A DNA stretch of 62,772 nucleotides, the filler included, from Circinaria calcarea (lineage: Eukaryota), in the NCBI GenBank assembly GCA_051942165.1. It is 38 parts of 38 records of this genome, joined end to end, with 100 filler letters (N's around TTAATTAATTAA, not from the genome) between each part and the next. Parts side by side here need not be neighbours in the genome. Positions count along the whole stretch, not along the records: positions 1 to 1,564 come from JAVECS010004524.1; positions 1,665 to 3,228 come from JAVECS010004525.1; positions 3,329 to 4,891 come from JAVECS010004526.1; positions 4,992 to 6,553 come from JAVECS010004527.1; positions 6,654 to 8,215 come from JAVECS010004528.1; positions 8,316 to 9,877 come from JAVECS010004529.1; positions 9,978 to 11,539 come from JAVECS010004530.1; positions 11,640 to 13,201 come from JAVECS010004531.1; 30 more parts are not named here. One strand, 5' to 3'. Below, in pieces: positions 1 through 11,994 of the stretch. How positions within the stretch are numbered: position 1 is the stretch's first letter; every line of letters begins with the position of its first letter. The notes below the pieces were generated by a model. That model was not told where the DNA came from and did no database searches. It worked only from the letters and a program-made list of their open reading frames with translations. The position numbers were made by a program, and so were the translations under genes.

Positions 1-545
1 GACTCTCTGCAAAGAGTAGGCCATTTGTATTTCTGTGGTTTTGCGGAGAACTTACTTGACGTTGATTACCATTGAGCTGTCCCACCAGTAGTGAATTGCC
101 TTGGGCTGACTCTCTGAAAACGAGTAGGCCCTTGTTGTTGCACCTCTTACTCTTGCTTCTTCTCTCCCCACCTCACACTTTTACTTCCACTTCCTTGATC
201 CAGGACGTTTGTTACCCGTTCCACTACCTTCAGCTCACGTCACCTACTACTATATCAGCGAGGTCGATATCTTGCACAGAACATCCTTGTCATAATCTCA
301 CTTCACATCAACTCCGACCTCGCCTGCGCCATCGCACTCCCACCTCCCCAGACAACCCTCAAGCACAGCGAAGGAATCCGTCGAGAAACACCCACTAGCT
401 ATAGTCGTAGCGCACCTCACATCTCATACTCAGCTAACCTCACTTTTCCGTCCTTGCCGACTGTAAGTCTTCTCACATCGTTATTATCACATCAGCTAAT
501 CTCACTTGTCTAACAGTAACCACCTCAGTCGACTCAGACCTCAAG

Positions 546-1425
546 ATGATTGCGACATCGAAGCAAGGGAAACCCCGAGGCAAATCGGCCCAAGTCAAGA
601 GAAGCGAATGGATCGGCAAAGTGGAGAAACAAGGAGGAGGAAAGAACATTAGATCCATCGTAGAGCACAACTTACTTAAGTCGATCAAGACGGAGAAAGC
701 GACTTCATACGGAGGATCAGTGGCGATTGTTCCGCCCAAACAAAACATCCAACCCCTGACGCTCATCAACGTAAGTTAGTCTGTAAAGACTATAAACTAG
801 TAAGCTAATGTCGTGCTAGACCGAGGAAGACATAGAAACAGTTCGGCAAACTTCAAGAAAAAGACGATCGAGGTGTTTTATTGCTCTGATGAGCCATCCG
901 GTCTGGGACTCACTGAATAAGGAGGACAAACAAAATGCGCATGACACCCTCAAAGCTTATATATCAGATCTCCACGAACAGGATTGCCGATATCGTATTA
1001 TTGGATATGTTGAGAATACGGACGTCCTTCAGGACGCTAATTGGCAATACGCCCCTAAATCCATCCCATTGAAACGTCAGAGACCGAAAGAAAACGCACT
1101 TGTCGCTACGGTCCGAAAGGCGTTAAAGCAGGTCCAGAAGGACCTCATATCCAATGATGGTCAGGCGGAAAGCGCGCTGAAGGAGGCTCTTCTCAAGTAC
1201 TTGGACAGTAAAGATATGGACCAAGCAGAGGAAGATACGGATGATGGTAGTACTAACGTTGAGGTTGAAGATTCCTTGTTTGCTGGATGGAATTCAGGCA
1301 AACGCCGTAGGCTCCTTGGCCAGGACACACCCTCCACCTTGATGCAAGCAATAATGGAGAGTGATGGAGAGGAGGTCGCTGGAGAGGAGGCGTTGGAGGA
1401 GGAGGGCGTTGTGGTTGATGAATGA
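546..1425 (+). CDS. Hypothetical protein, two exons (546-770, 820-1425), basic N-terminus and acidic C-terminus
   Basis: Intron 771-819 (GTAAGT...GCTAAT...TAG) joins ORF 546.. in frame to the ORF containing 889..1425; no family recognised. Confidence 0.55.
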
Positions 1426-1564
1426 GGATTGCGCGCATATTTGCAGGTCGCTGAAGACCCAGGACATGATTTTTTCTTTTCAGGTTTTCCTCCATTTGAT
1501 ATCTGGCAAGTCCAGAAAGACTGGGCAAGGGTTTCTCATTTTAGATCCTGTTAAGCTGTAAATG

Positions 1565-1663
1565 NNNNNNNNNNNNNNNNNNNNNNNNNNNNNNNNNNNN
1601 NNNNNNNNTTAATTAATTAANNNNNNNNNNNNNNNNNNNNNNNNNNNNNNNNNNNNNNNNNNN
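1565..1663. other. Artificial contig spacer (N-run + TTAATTAATTAA + N-run); first of 37 such spacers recurring every ~1.65 kb
   Basis: Identical 12-mer with stops in all six frames, flanked by ~44 Ns, separates 38 contigs of steadily decreasing length (~1564 to ~1539 nt). Confidence 0.99.
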
Positions 1664-2638
1664 NGAAGGGGACTTCGCATGGGAATGGGAACAGGGGTTT
1701 AGGCAGGGAGTACGCCATTTTGAAGGGTGTGCAGGCACCGGGAATGCCAAATAGCAAAGATTAAAGTCTCCGATCTAAGAATTTCACAAGTCCCTCCCCT
1801 TGCATGATATGAAGTATATATGAGCTCTCCCCTAAACGGTGAGAGCAAGTAGCACTTATATACGCTACTTACCATATCCCAATTATGATTGCAAATCATT
1901 CTTTTCCTTGAATATATCAGCAGCTACAGCATACATTATATCGGTTATGGTGCACTGCTTTAGTTTTCTCTCCCAAACAATCTGCCAACTTCTTCGGCTT
2001 TGCGATACGACACTCAAGACGAAACCTTTTGTGTCAAGTCCACGCTGAATCCTATCGAAGAGCTCTTCCATCAAATTTTCCAATCCCCATCGGTTCCTCT
2101 TCCCAGCAAACTACTCCAAACATCAGGGATCGGTATAATTCACTTCTCGCCTTCTCCATCCCCGTCTGCCAGGACGCCGCCCAGTTCGGTACGAAGCTTT
2201 CCTGCTGCGGAGGGAGAGTTTGTCGCTCGCGATGGTACACCTATGGCTTCCTCGGCGGATATGACACGGAGATGAACGCGGAGGCCAGTGTGCTTGGATG
2301 TACAAGTCTAAGATCTGGGGGGGGGGATGGTAAGGAGGGTAGGGCCGGTCAGGTTTGATTCGTTTGGTTGATATAAGATTCCAGACGGGCCCATAACTTA
2401 ATACTCCCTTTTGCGCCCAGCTCGGCAGTGGATGACGCAGCCGGTTCCACTGGAACTAGATGGGCTACTTTAAAAAGGACTTTCTACACCAAATCTGACG
2501 GTCTTTATATGTCTATACTCAGTATAGTTTCCCGGACTTATGGTTCCACATGATGATTGGCTGATTTAGGCGTCGCCGCCTTACTGGTACTCCCGCCCTA
2601 GCAATTATTTCAGCCATCCGTTTTCCCCCCTCCAAACA

Positions 2639-2722
2639 AGAAAGGAGGTGCATTACAGGGAGTCTTCATTGGTGGTCTGCACGCAATAACCGGGGATGTA
2701 TCTATTGATAAATGCTATGAAA
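2639..2722. repeat. Dispersed conserved element, copy A (copy B at 7271-7363)
   Basis: Shared blocks AGAAAGGAGGWGCATTACAGGGAG, ATTGGTGGTMTGCACG, CCGG and TATTGATAAATGCTATGAAA occur in the same order on two unrelated contigs. Confidence 0.85.
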
Positions 2723-3562
2723 ACTCTACGAAATTCTATGAAAATCCCGTAGGAATGCCGCCTAACCTATGTGTAATGTGTAGTTTACCTTGTGAAGCGC
2801 CTTCCTCGCTTGTGGCGAAGGTGCGTTGTATATCGTGTACGTTAGAGCGGGGCTTCCCCCCACGCAAATAGAACATTTGACTACATGAATTTGGTGTGGA
2901 GAGGAGTACGCGTTCAGACTTCACGCAGGCTGTTATTTACCTGGAGAATACTACTCGTTTAGAACGTGGAAGATGTGTGGGAGAATGCTCGGGCGATCGC
3001 TGAGATGTGCAGCGAAAGTGTTGAACATACAGTGCGAATCGGTATTCATTATTGCTACTAATAAAGAAATTAGAATACACTGTGGGGAATACGTGAAATT
3101 TATGCCTATGTTGCAAAAATTTTCCTGCCCTTGAACCATACCCAATACGGTATTTGCCACGGTCACATGCATGCCGAATAACCATACCATATGGTATTTC
3201 GCTCAAGTAATCTTCTCGTGATCACTATNNNNNNNNNNNNNNNNNNNNNNNNNNNNNNNNNNNNNNNNNNNNTTAATTAATTAANNNNNNNNNNNNNNNN
3301 NNNNNNNNNNNNNNNNNNNNNNNNNNNNGGGCAGTTCGCGGAGGAAGGAGCGGTAAAGGGAGCGGAGGTGGGAGGGGGATGGAGAAGACATTTTTTGGGA
3401 GTTGAATTGGTGGTTGAGGGGGGAATTTGTATCGAAGGAGGTGGTGGTGGATAATAGAAGCTCGGACCATCTGCTCTCGCTATTGTACCAGCAACCCTAA
3501 TTTGATGATGAATCAAGGTAGGCATGTAGGACCTGCTTCTGGTGGTGGAAGACCAATTTCCT

Positions 3563-4623
3563 ATGTTATCGCGCTCTCAACCATGCAATCTACGTGCTTC
3601 AACGTGTGCAACCGCATGGATTGTCCAGCGACGGCTGATGGCCTCCTCAGCAACTGCAAGCCCCCGTCAACGTACGGCAGCAGGTCCAGCACCTTCAAGG
3701 CCTATCGCTCCTCAACCTCAATTACCACCTATCCCGAAAGCAACCCATATCCCCCAATCGACACTCTCCTACTACTGGGACACCACTCCGCCCACCCCCA
3801 AGCAACTCGCCCAAGCCGATCGTTTCTTCCTCGCGCATTCGCCCTCCATCGTCTTCTCCGCTATCAAGTTCCGGACCGTACAGCTCACGTCCGCACCCGA
3901 GGTCGCTTTCCTGGGCCGTTCGAATGTCGGGAAATCGACTCTACTCAACGCCTTGATGGGCCGTAACCTGTGCCGTACCAGCCACAATCCGGGGAGAACG
4001 CGGAGTATGAATTTCTTTGCTGTCGGGGGTGAAGATGGGGCGGGAAATCCGGGGAAGCTCATGGTCTTGGATATGCCGGGGTATGGGAAGGGAAGTCGAG
4101 AGGAGTGGGGCAAGGAGATTGAAAAGTACCTCCTGGGGAGGAAACAGTATGACCGTATCAGTACTACCTCGTCAAAGGACTAAGCGACTGATTGGGATGC
4201 AGACTCCGCCGCGCCTTTCTCCTCATAAACGCTCACCACGGTATCAAAGAATCTGACGAGCAGATGCTAGCCATGTTCCGCCACAACGCCATCCCCCACC
4301 AGGTCATCCTCTCCAAAGTCGATCGGGTCCTCCTCCCCGGGTCCAAGATCCCAACGCAACCGAAGCTAGAGAGATACTCCGAGGAACTGAAGAAACTGGT
4401 GGAGGATGTCCGAAGCAAAATACAGCCGAAACGGAGCGATGGTCCGGATGCTCTGGGGGAGATTCTGACGTGTAGTGCCGAGAAGGCGGTACAGCCGGGT
4501 GCCAAGTTAGGGATCAGTAATATTCGGTGGGCGGTATTGGCGGCTACGGGGCTCGGGCAGAAGGCGAGGGATATCAGGGAGGAGGATATTATTGAGGAAA
4601 ACGATACATTGAGGCAGGGCTAA
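3563..4623 (+). CDS. EngB/YihA-family GTP-binding protein (mitochondrial, GTPBP8/Mrx8-like); intron 4147-4202
   Basis: PEVAFLGRSNVGKSTLLNAL (G1), PGRTRSMNFF (G2), DMPGYG (G3), LSKVD (G4); N-terminus resembles a mitochondrial presequence; GTATGA...CAG intron restores KQ-LRRAFLLI. Confidence 0.93.
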
Positions 4624-5989
4624 GTAGCTTTAAGACGAGCTCTCAGCCATATATAGATCTGGACTTAAGGGGGAAAAGGGGTTAATACCCATGAAAGATG
4701 AAACTCGCAATAACTGTAACGCCATCAAGACCCAGGTTATCCTGCCAACCCTAATCCCTCTCTAACCTTTTAGAACTCCCCAAACTCGCAAACCATTCCC
4801 CCCTCATTGTTCACTTCCTTGGTTACATCCAAAGAACATTCCCCCCCTACCTACCTATCTGCCTACCTACCTATGCGAAGTACTACTACCCNNNNNNNNN
4901 NNNNNNNNNNNNNNNNNNNNNNNNNNNNNNNNNNNTTAATTAATTAANNNNNNNNNNNNNNNNNNNNNNNNNNNNNNNNNNNNNNNNNNNNGTGCTGGAT
5001 TAAGACCCTACGGTTTGTGCGTCTGTCTGTGTGTTTTGTTGCTGGTTGCTTGTTTGTCCCTGGGGCTCGTTGACGGTACGAGTTGTATTTATATGAGCAC
5101 ACTGAGATGCCTTGTCCTCGTGCGAATCCTGAGATACCCTAGCGGCGGGCGCTTGGGAGGTTGTTGTGCTATTTTATCTCCTGCAGGAGATCTACGAAAA
5201 ATGTGCTCTTAGATATTGCTCCTTTGGCTTGGGCTGTCCTCCCCGTAGGGGATAATAATTAACACTCTAACTTGCAGTAGCATCTGTAATCTGCGTGTTT
5301 GCCAGTCATGTCAATACGACATATCCTTGCTGTGTATATGCTTGCTTCTTCGACATCTCCGCTTCCAGCTTGCTTACAAGTAATCATCTACTGTAGGCAC
5401 TGGTGCTTCTCTATTTTGTGGTCTTGAGATATAGAGCTACGGCCACCTACCTGGATCTCTTCCCCCCCCCCCCCCTAAGGGGATGTCAATCAGAACGAAC
5501 CCCATAAGTTGACCATGGCTATTACGAGCGATACGTTCTGTGATATGAAAATATGACGTGCACTGCACTGCGTTTGGCTACATTGTCCCCCTGTGCTTTT
5601 TCATTCTGCAACTTTTTGGTATTTCCATCCCGGGGATTTTAGGGTCAGGGGGGCTACCTTTGGGTCAGGACACTCCGTCTGTTGGATTTACGTTGTGCAA
5701 TTTAATAAATTTTTGAATCGTAATGGGCTAGCTTTTATCCGCATGTAGATGATATGAGTGGTGCGGTTTGCCTGGTGGTTGCTTCTATGTTAGGCATCTT
5801 TCATTATGTCATTACTGGGGTTGGTGGTGTTTTTGCGGGAGACGGGTATTCCCGAATTATAAGCTTTCTAACTAATCTGCAACGTGCGAGGCCAAACCGG
5901 TCAAATACGTCTTACTGCTTCCAGCTTCTATTAATTGTACGCTCCAAACACAGCCCTTTTGACTCCAAACGGTTATTCACTCCATCAAC

Positions 5990-6553
5990 ATGTCCTCCCC
6001 GTCCAGTTCAGGATTAGGCAATCTAATCCGCCTTGTCTCTTTATCTCTTGACGATCTCCCGTTTCATCCTTCCCTTGACATCCAAACCCAGAGTAGCTCT
6101 AGTCCTGCAGAAGTCGGGCAAGTTCAAGGTTCACATGAAAATAATATGGACCGTCCTTCCCTACCCTCATTCCTCACGGCTGTCCTCTCCGAAGCAAAGA
6201 CCTTTGTCGATAGTACGCTGCCTGCTACCTTCGAAGAATGCTCTGAGAAATCATCTGCCCCAGCTATCTCAAAAGTCCGTATACTCAAACGGAATGTCAC
6301 ATCCGCTGAACTATTAGGCGTCCCCTGGTCGAGTTCGAAGATCACGAGAAGGGTGGATGAGAAGTTGAAAGCGGGCGGGGACGGGGAAGCTTGGTTTGCT
6401 CGAATAAGTCTCCACCCTAACCGGAAGGAGGAGGGAACGGCCGATTTTGAGGAACTGGATGAGGCGGTGAGGGTGGAACACAATGAACATGAGAGGGAAT
6501 ACACGCCCAATATCTTCGATTCGTATCGAGTGTTGGATTGGGATCGGGAGACG
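5990..6553 (+). CDS. DUF3074-family fungal protein, 3'-truncated
   Basis: LIRL..L...LP.HP N-terminus and WFAR.S.H...EEGTA.FEE...EH..HEREYTP motif recalled from this family. Confidence 0.7.
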
Positions 6554-7270
6554 NNNNNNNNNNNNNNNNNNNNNNNNNNNNNNNNNNNNNNNNNNNNTTA
6601 ATTAATTAANNNNNNNNNNNNNNNNNNNNNNNNNNNNNNNNNNNNNNNNNNNNCCTGTTTATGTTACATTGCTTAAGAAACGAAGTTGGAAGGTCTGAGG
6701 GCCAAAAAAGAGCTGCATGAAAACCTAACAACCAATCAGGACATGGTCCACCCGATACAAGACCCATAACACCTACGTTGGGTAAGAAGTATTAGAATAG
6801 ATAGATGGGGTAGAGTACGGTGTCCGTGACGTGTAGATAACCTACATATGCAGATCAACTTCCTTGTGCTATGCTATCCTGGAAAGTGATGAACCATTAG
6901 CTGGCTACTGGTGCCTTCGGGCTGCTTGGAGTGCTGATGGGTGCAACCCCTTAGCTGCCTGTTTCAGTCGCAAGATACACATACATGCATGTATGTTGAT
7001 GTGCATTAGCGCAAGATTGTTCAAATATGGTACGAGAAACTGTGGACCCAGCTGCGAAAAGGTAACGCTGTGATAAACATGGCAGCCAATCAACCCGGGG
7101 CCACAATTGGACGAGATTGGTAGCTGCTTGTAGATTATTATATCCTTTTATGCATACGTGAGCCGGATCTTCACTATCCGTCCACTTGATTTGGCATCTA
7201 TCGCCATGGCCTTAGAGCAGGCACATCCAAGTTTCACGAGTGATGAACGTATTTAAAAATCGCTAAATGG

Positions 7271-7363
7271 AGAAAGGAGGAGCATTACAGGGAGAGTACT
7301 ACATCGTTAATTGGTGGTATGCACGGCTGAGCCGGAATATGTGTATTGATAAATGCTATGAAA
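7271..7363. repeat. Dispersed conserved element, copy B
   Basis: Aligns with 2639-2722 apart from a short insertion after CAGGGAG and scattered substitutions. Confidence 0.85.
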
Positions 7364-7506
7364 TACTAGCGTGTTTTTCCCGCCTCCTTCTCCATGCGCT
7401 CCAATCACGACATTAGGCTCTTTTCGGCCATTTCGGCAGTTTTTACCCGCCAGCATACTAGCGCTCCCCTCCGAATGGTTTGATAAACCTTGCCCGTCGC
7501 CCCCTC

Positions 7507-7685
7507 TACGGAGGTGTATTGCATAATTCATGGCATGTGCGCTAAAAGCTTATCCGGGCTATTGCCCAGCCAACATTAGTGACGAGTACACTAAGGTTAG
7601 GTGATAACACCCCTCCGGAGCTGAGCCTACCGATACCCCGGAGCTTTTAGCGTATATGCCATGAGTTTTGTAATACACCTCCGTA
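7507..7685. mobile_element. MITE with ~42-bp terminal inverted repeats and TA target-site duplication (Tc1/mariner-type)
   Basis: TA|CGGAGGTGTATTGCATAATTCATGGCATGTGCGCTAAAAGCT ... AGCTTTTAGCGTATATGCCATGAGTTTTGTAATACACCTCCG|TA; non-coding interior. Confidence 0.8.
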
Positions 7686-9328
7686 ATCGCCCCGCTGTCA
7701 CACCTGTTGGGTAGAAGTCGAATAGGTGGATTGACTGATTATTTAAGTTTACCGTCTGTAGGCGGCCGATTTGGCTATGACAGACATCGCTATTTCACCT
7801 CGAAGCCTTCATGGCTACCAAAGGATTCGCTGTACTATGCCTCAATTCCGAAGATCCCAAAGTATTAACTCTCGATGTGTGCATTCTCGCTATTCGCCGC
7901 AGCTTCCAGCTTTCGGCCTTTACCTCCTGATTCACTGTGCCCCACCTTTGTGGTCCTCCAAAATGAACTCTGCCGCAAAAATCTGGCCTTTGGTGGAAGT
8001 TAACTATGGGGTTTTGAATGCTGAATACCCCTCATAGGTAGGCATCGGATTGTCATTTTGATCGCTGGCCCTAGGTAGGCACCCAGCGGGCATCGGATTG
8101 TCAAGGGTCAGTAGAGGGATTTGTATTTGAGCTCTCTAGCTTGGCCCTTTCAACCTCGTCCTACACATACATCAAGCTTTGGCTCAGCATGATGAATACC
8201 GCTATTATGGCTTACNNNNNNNNNNNNNNNNNNNNNNNNNNNNNNNNNNNNNNNNNNNNTTAATTAATTAANNNNNNNNNNNNNNNNNNNNNNNNNNNNN
8301 NNNNNNNNNNNNNNNGTCCTATAATACGCAATAAATCTACATCCGACGCCCGAAACCTACTGCAAGAAATTATAAACCCATCCCCCTTCCCGGCCCCGGG
8401 GGATAAGAAGAGCAAGAGGAGATTCCACTAGAAGACTCGCTCGTCCCCGAAATCCCTGGCCTGGAAGTAGGAGGAAGGGTTCCGGGAAGAGATAGATTGG
8501 AAAGACATATTGAATATAGGCAGATGGACCGGGGAGACTGCAAGAGCATGGATAGAATGCGTCAAAGTGGGAGGATGGGCAGGGAGACGAACGGGGAATG
8601 ACATTTTACTACTAACTAGAGCAATGCTGGGGTTACGGCTACAATGGGATCTCCACCTAGAACGGCATACTCCTCGGTTGAAGCTTTGGGTCCAGATTTT
8701 TGGGTGGGTGGATCAAGACGACCTTAGGAGGTATCTGTGGCGTCGTCACAAGCAGATACGTAGTTCAGGCAGCTTCGCGTTAGGTGCCGCATATAGAATA
8801 GAATCCTTGCCAGCAGGCCCCATCATGCGGGATGATACATCTTCCATTCGAACTTCTATTGACCATGCCCTTATCTATCTTTGTCTCACAGAGGTTATGA
8901 GTGAGTGGACTGCAGCTCAGCGCCATGATCCCACCATTAGTCAATGCACTTCCAGACCAGTTCTTCCTCCCGGTATTGGAGAAATCCCTGCTTTTACCGC
9001 AGATTGGACTCCCAGTCATAAGGAGTGTAGCAGGGAAGCGTTCGTACAGCACGGAGTGTTGCAGTTTATTCTTGTCTCCTGCGTAGCTATAGGGCTCGGA
9101 AGCACTTGAGAACACAGATTGAATAGCGCCAGGAGCATCCAGGAGCCCAGAAGGCAGAAAGCCAAGGTCTCTGCATGTTATTGGTGCGGGATCGAAAAGA
9201 GGTAGATGAGTTCCGAGATGTCGCATGTCGAATAGTTCCGTGAACGAAAGTTTCACAAGGTTGAGTGTTCCGCTAAGCTTCTTGAAGGAAGACCAAGAAC
9301 AGGCTCCAGAAAGCCAAGACAAAGAGAA

Positions 9329-9877
9329 TCAGTCTTCTTCACTCTCTTCGCTGTCTTCTTCGTCTCCGCTTGTATCATCTGCAGGTTTATGATCTGTACC
9401 ATATTAACACATAAAGCCAGTAACAGAATGATGCGTAGAAGTTGCATCTGAAGAATAGTAAGAGAGAGGGTACTCACCAGGTTCCGGCGACTCATCCGAG
9501 CCAGGATTTTGGAATCCAGACAGTTTCCCGCGGATCTCTTGAATCTTAGCTTCCTGTTCGTTCTTGCTCATTGGCTTGTTCTTCTTGGGACGTGACGGTG
9601 CTGCAGGGGCTGGCGGAGCGACGTGACGAGGTGGCGAGTCGTTCGGCCGAGGAGCATACTTTCTGACAAAACCAAGGAGCTTGTACAAAACTTCGTTTGA
9701 TAGTTCGTCAATGTCAAGTTCGATCTCATCTTCTTGGACACCCTGGAAAAGCACGTTAGGAGAACAATCACCTGTGCATGTGATCATAGTGCATTACCTT
9801 GAGGTTGGGCATATTATCACGAATGATGCTAAGAGCAGTAGCCATTCTGGACTCGGGTAAGCTATTAATACGATTCG
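9329..9877 (-). CDS. BDF1: BET bromodomain protein Bdf1, C-terminal ET domain and acidic tail (5'-truncated; two introns)
   Basis: INSLPESRMATALSIIRDNMPNLK-GVQEDEIELDIDELSNEVLYKL (ET domain), PKKNKPMSKNEQEAKI, terminal SGDEEDSEESEED*; first intron 9743-9797. Confidence 0.9.
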
Positions 9878-11301
9878 NNNNNNNNNNNNNNNNNNNNNNN
9901 NNNNNNNNNNNNNNNNNNNNNTTAATTAATTAANNNNNNNNNNNNNNNNNNNNNNNNNNNNNNNNNNNNNNNNNNNNGGGGGAGAGGGTCTGTGGCGATT
10001 AAATTGATGGAGGGGTGGAAATAGGTTGATTTACTGTTTGATATGGTATAGGCTAGTCGAACGATCTTTGTTCTAAGAAACTATTAAAAATCCAGAGTTG
10101 GCGAAACAACCCTAACCTTCCAATCCTGGTCCCAAGAGCTTCGAGTCTCCTTTTGGCCCAATAATATCCAATTTCGAATCAAAGCGTCAAGTTGGTTCCA
10201 CCGACGCATATCCGACCTGATGGTTGATGCTGTCAGAAATCTGAATGCGTGGTGGTCCCAAAACCTGCGTGCTCCATACTCCTAAACACCGCCATCATCG
10301 ACGTACTCAGCACTCTCTAGCTCAAGCCGCGGTGGTCATAGGGAAAGGCTGTGAACGTGTATTCAATCTTGCTTTTCCTGGCAAAGCCCTCGCTGGGGAC
10401 CAAGGCTTAACGGTGAGAGCGGAGCATGGTGAATTGTACGTTGCCGTAGCTACTGGTAAGCAGGAACGGAACGGCGATGCCGGCTACCTGGCAGGCGATG
10501 AAAATTTTGATGTAGACTGGGCCACTGGTATTGCACCAAGGGCGCTTTGAGCCACGAGAGACAAGACCGCTGGATTCGACATTGCGTTTCGGGGTTTCAT
10601 GGAGGTTGCAGAGATGAAAATACGTCAGCGAGGATTATACTTCAGAAAAGCCTCCCGTGCAAGGGCAGGTCATTTTGCTTACGCTGCTGTCAAAAAGTCA
10701 GGGATATCCTCGCAACGAGCTGAAGACATCCCCCGCGCAAAGATCCCAGATCTTCCATAAAGATGGTTATAGGGTTTGCTAATTTGAGGACGGCGAAGGA
10801 GAGTGCTAGAGCACTATGGATGAATGGGTTGAAGATGCGCATAGTGAAAAAAGTGTTAATTAAACTTCAGCCTCACAGATTGACGAGAGAAGAGAGCTGT
10901 GAACGGAACGTTGGACTGGGGGTGAAACGGATGACCGAAGACCTTAATTTGAAAAGCCAGGAATACCCTTTTAGGACTGCACACCTGCATAGATACCACT
11001 GTGGTCAAAGCAAAACCATTTATGAATTTCGCATTTATAGGAGAAACCCGGGAAACACACCAGTGTAATTTGAAGCATCCATTGCGCCTGTGTAACCGGG
11101 ACAGAGATTTATATAATCCAGCAGAATAGTGACCACCCAAAAACGTATTGTTAATAAAACCTTTCTATTATTAATCGCGCGAACATCTCCTTGGCTTAGC
11201 ATTTATCTCTCCATTAAGGCCAGATAACCCTTCCTAGAGATGTCCTTTCGCATTTTCGTCCATCCGATGATCAGATTATAAAGATATCCTGTACAATGAG
11301 A

Positions 11302-11539
11302 TTATCCCGTTTTCAAAACTTCCCCTTGCATCATATCAAGTATGAATGCATCCCCAATCAGGGCATAAGAATTAGAATTGCCGCCTCTCCGGAGAATAAA
11401 GGGAGCGGTAACTCCAAGGATAATGGATACAATATCCCCAGTCTCCACAATGTCCGGTACGAGACCTATGAAACCTTTCTCCGTGACACAGAGTCGACGA
11501 CCTTGGACCATTTCCGGGACAACAAAACAAAAGGCGGTA
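11302..11539 (-). CDS. Heterokaryon-incompatibility (HET-6-like) protein, C-terminal fragment
   Basis: GRRLCVTEKGFIGLVP...GDIVSIILGVTAPFILR...YALIGDAFI..MMQGE matches the typical HET-6 C-terminal segment. Confidence 0.85.
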
Positions 11540-11639
11540 NNNNNNNNNNNNNNNNNNNNNNNNNNNNNNNNNNNNNNNNNNNNTTAATTAATTAANNNNN
11601 NNNNNNNNNNNNNNNNNNNNNNNNNNNNNNNNNNNNNNN

Positions 11640-11809
11640 CTATTTCCGCTCTTTAGAATAGCATGCTTATAGAACCATAACGAGTTCAATATACTCCTTT
11701 CATATTGAGCCTAGGGCAACAGTTCAACTACACCCTATGTAACCGTGCTATCACCAATCGGGACTTATCATATTCCTCAACAGGCCCCAAGGATTGCAGC
11801 GCCCTTACA
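11640..11809 (+). mobile_element. 3' end of LTR (same family as 14295-14663)
   Basis: TAGAATAGCATGCTTATAG...GAGCCTAGGGCAACAGTTCAACTAC...GGATTGCAGCGCCCTTACA, nearly identical to 14515-14663; ends in CA. Confidence 0.85.
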
Positions 11810-11840
11810 ATACGCTTTTAGAGAAGTAATAAGACGTTTT

Positions 11841-11994
11841 TGTCACGGTTTAGCATAGCAGTAGCCCGCTCGGCGGGCCGAGTCAGAGCCAGGATCACGT
11901 GACCCACCATATATTTTAGTTTCTGCAGCGTGTGGGGATGGAATCCCCACACTTAAATCATAGTACATACTGGAACCCAACTTTAGTCCCTGAC
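11841..11994. mobile_element. Probable short solo LTR (~154 bp)
   Basis: Begins TGTCACGG, ends CCCTGAC, flanked by GTTTT on both sides (5-bp TSD); internal TATA-like tract. Confidence 0.5.

Noticed and set aside
8189..8215. C/D-box snoRNA starting ATGATGA (similar C boxes at about 2550 and 7240)
   Set aside because: No matching D box with terminal stem or clear rRNA guide; the first is cut by the contig end.
8510..9322. Long ORFs 8510-9109 (+) and 8780-9322 (-)
   Set aside because: Non-ATG starts, no motifs, and they lie in the BDF1 3' region.
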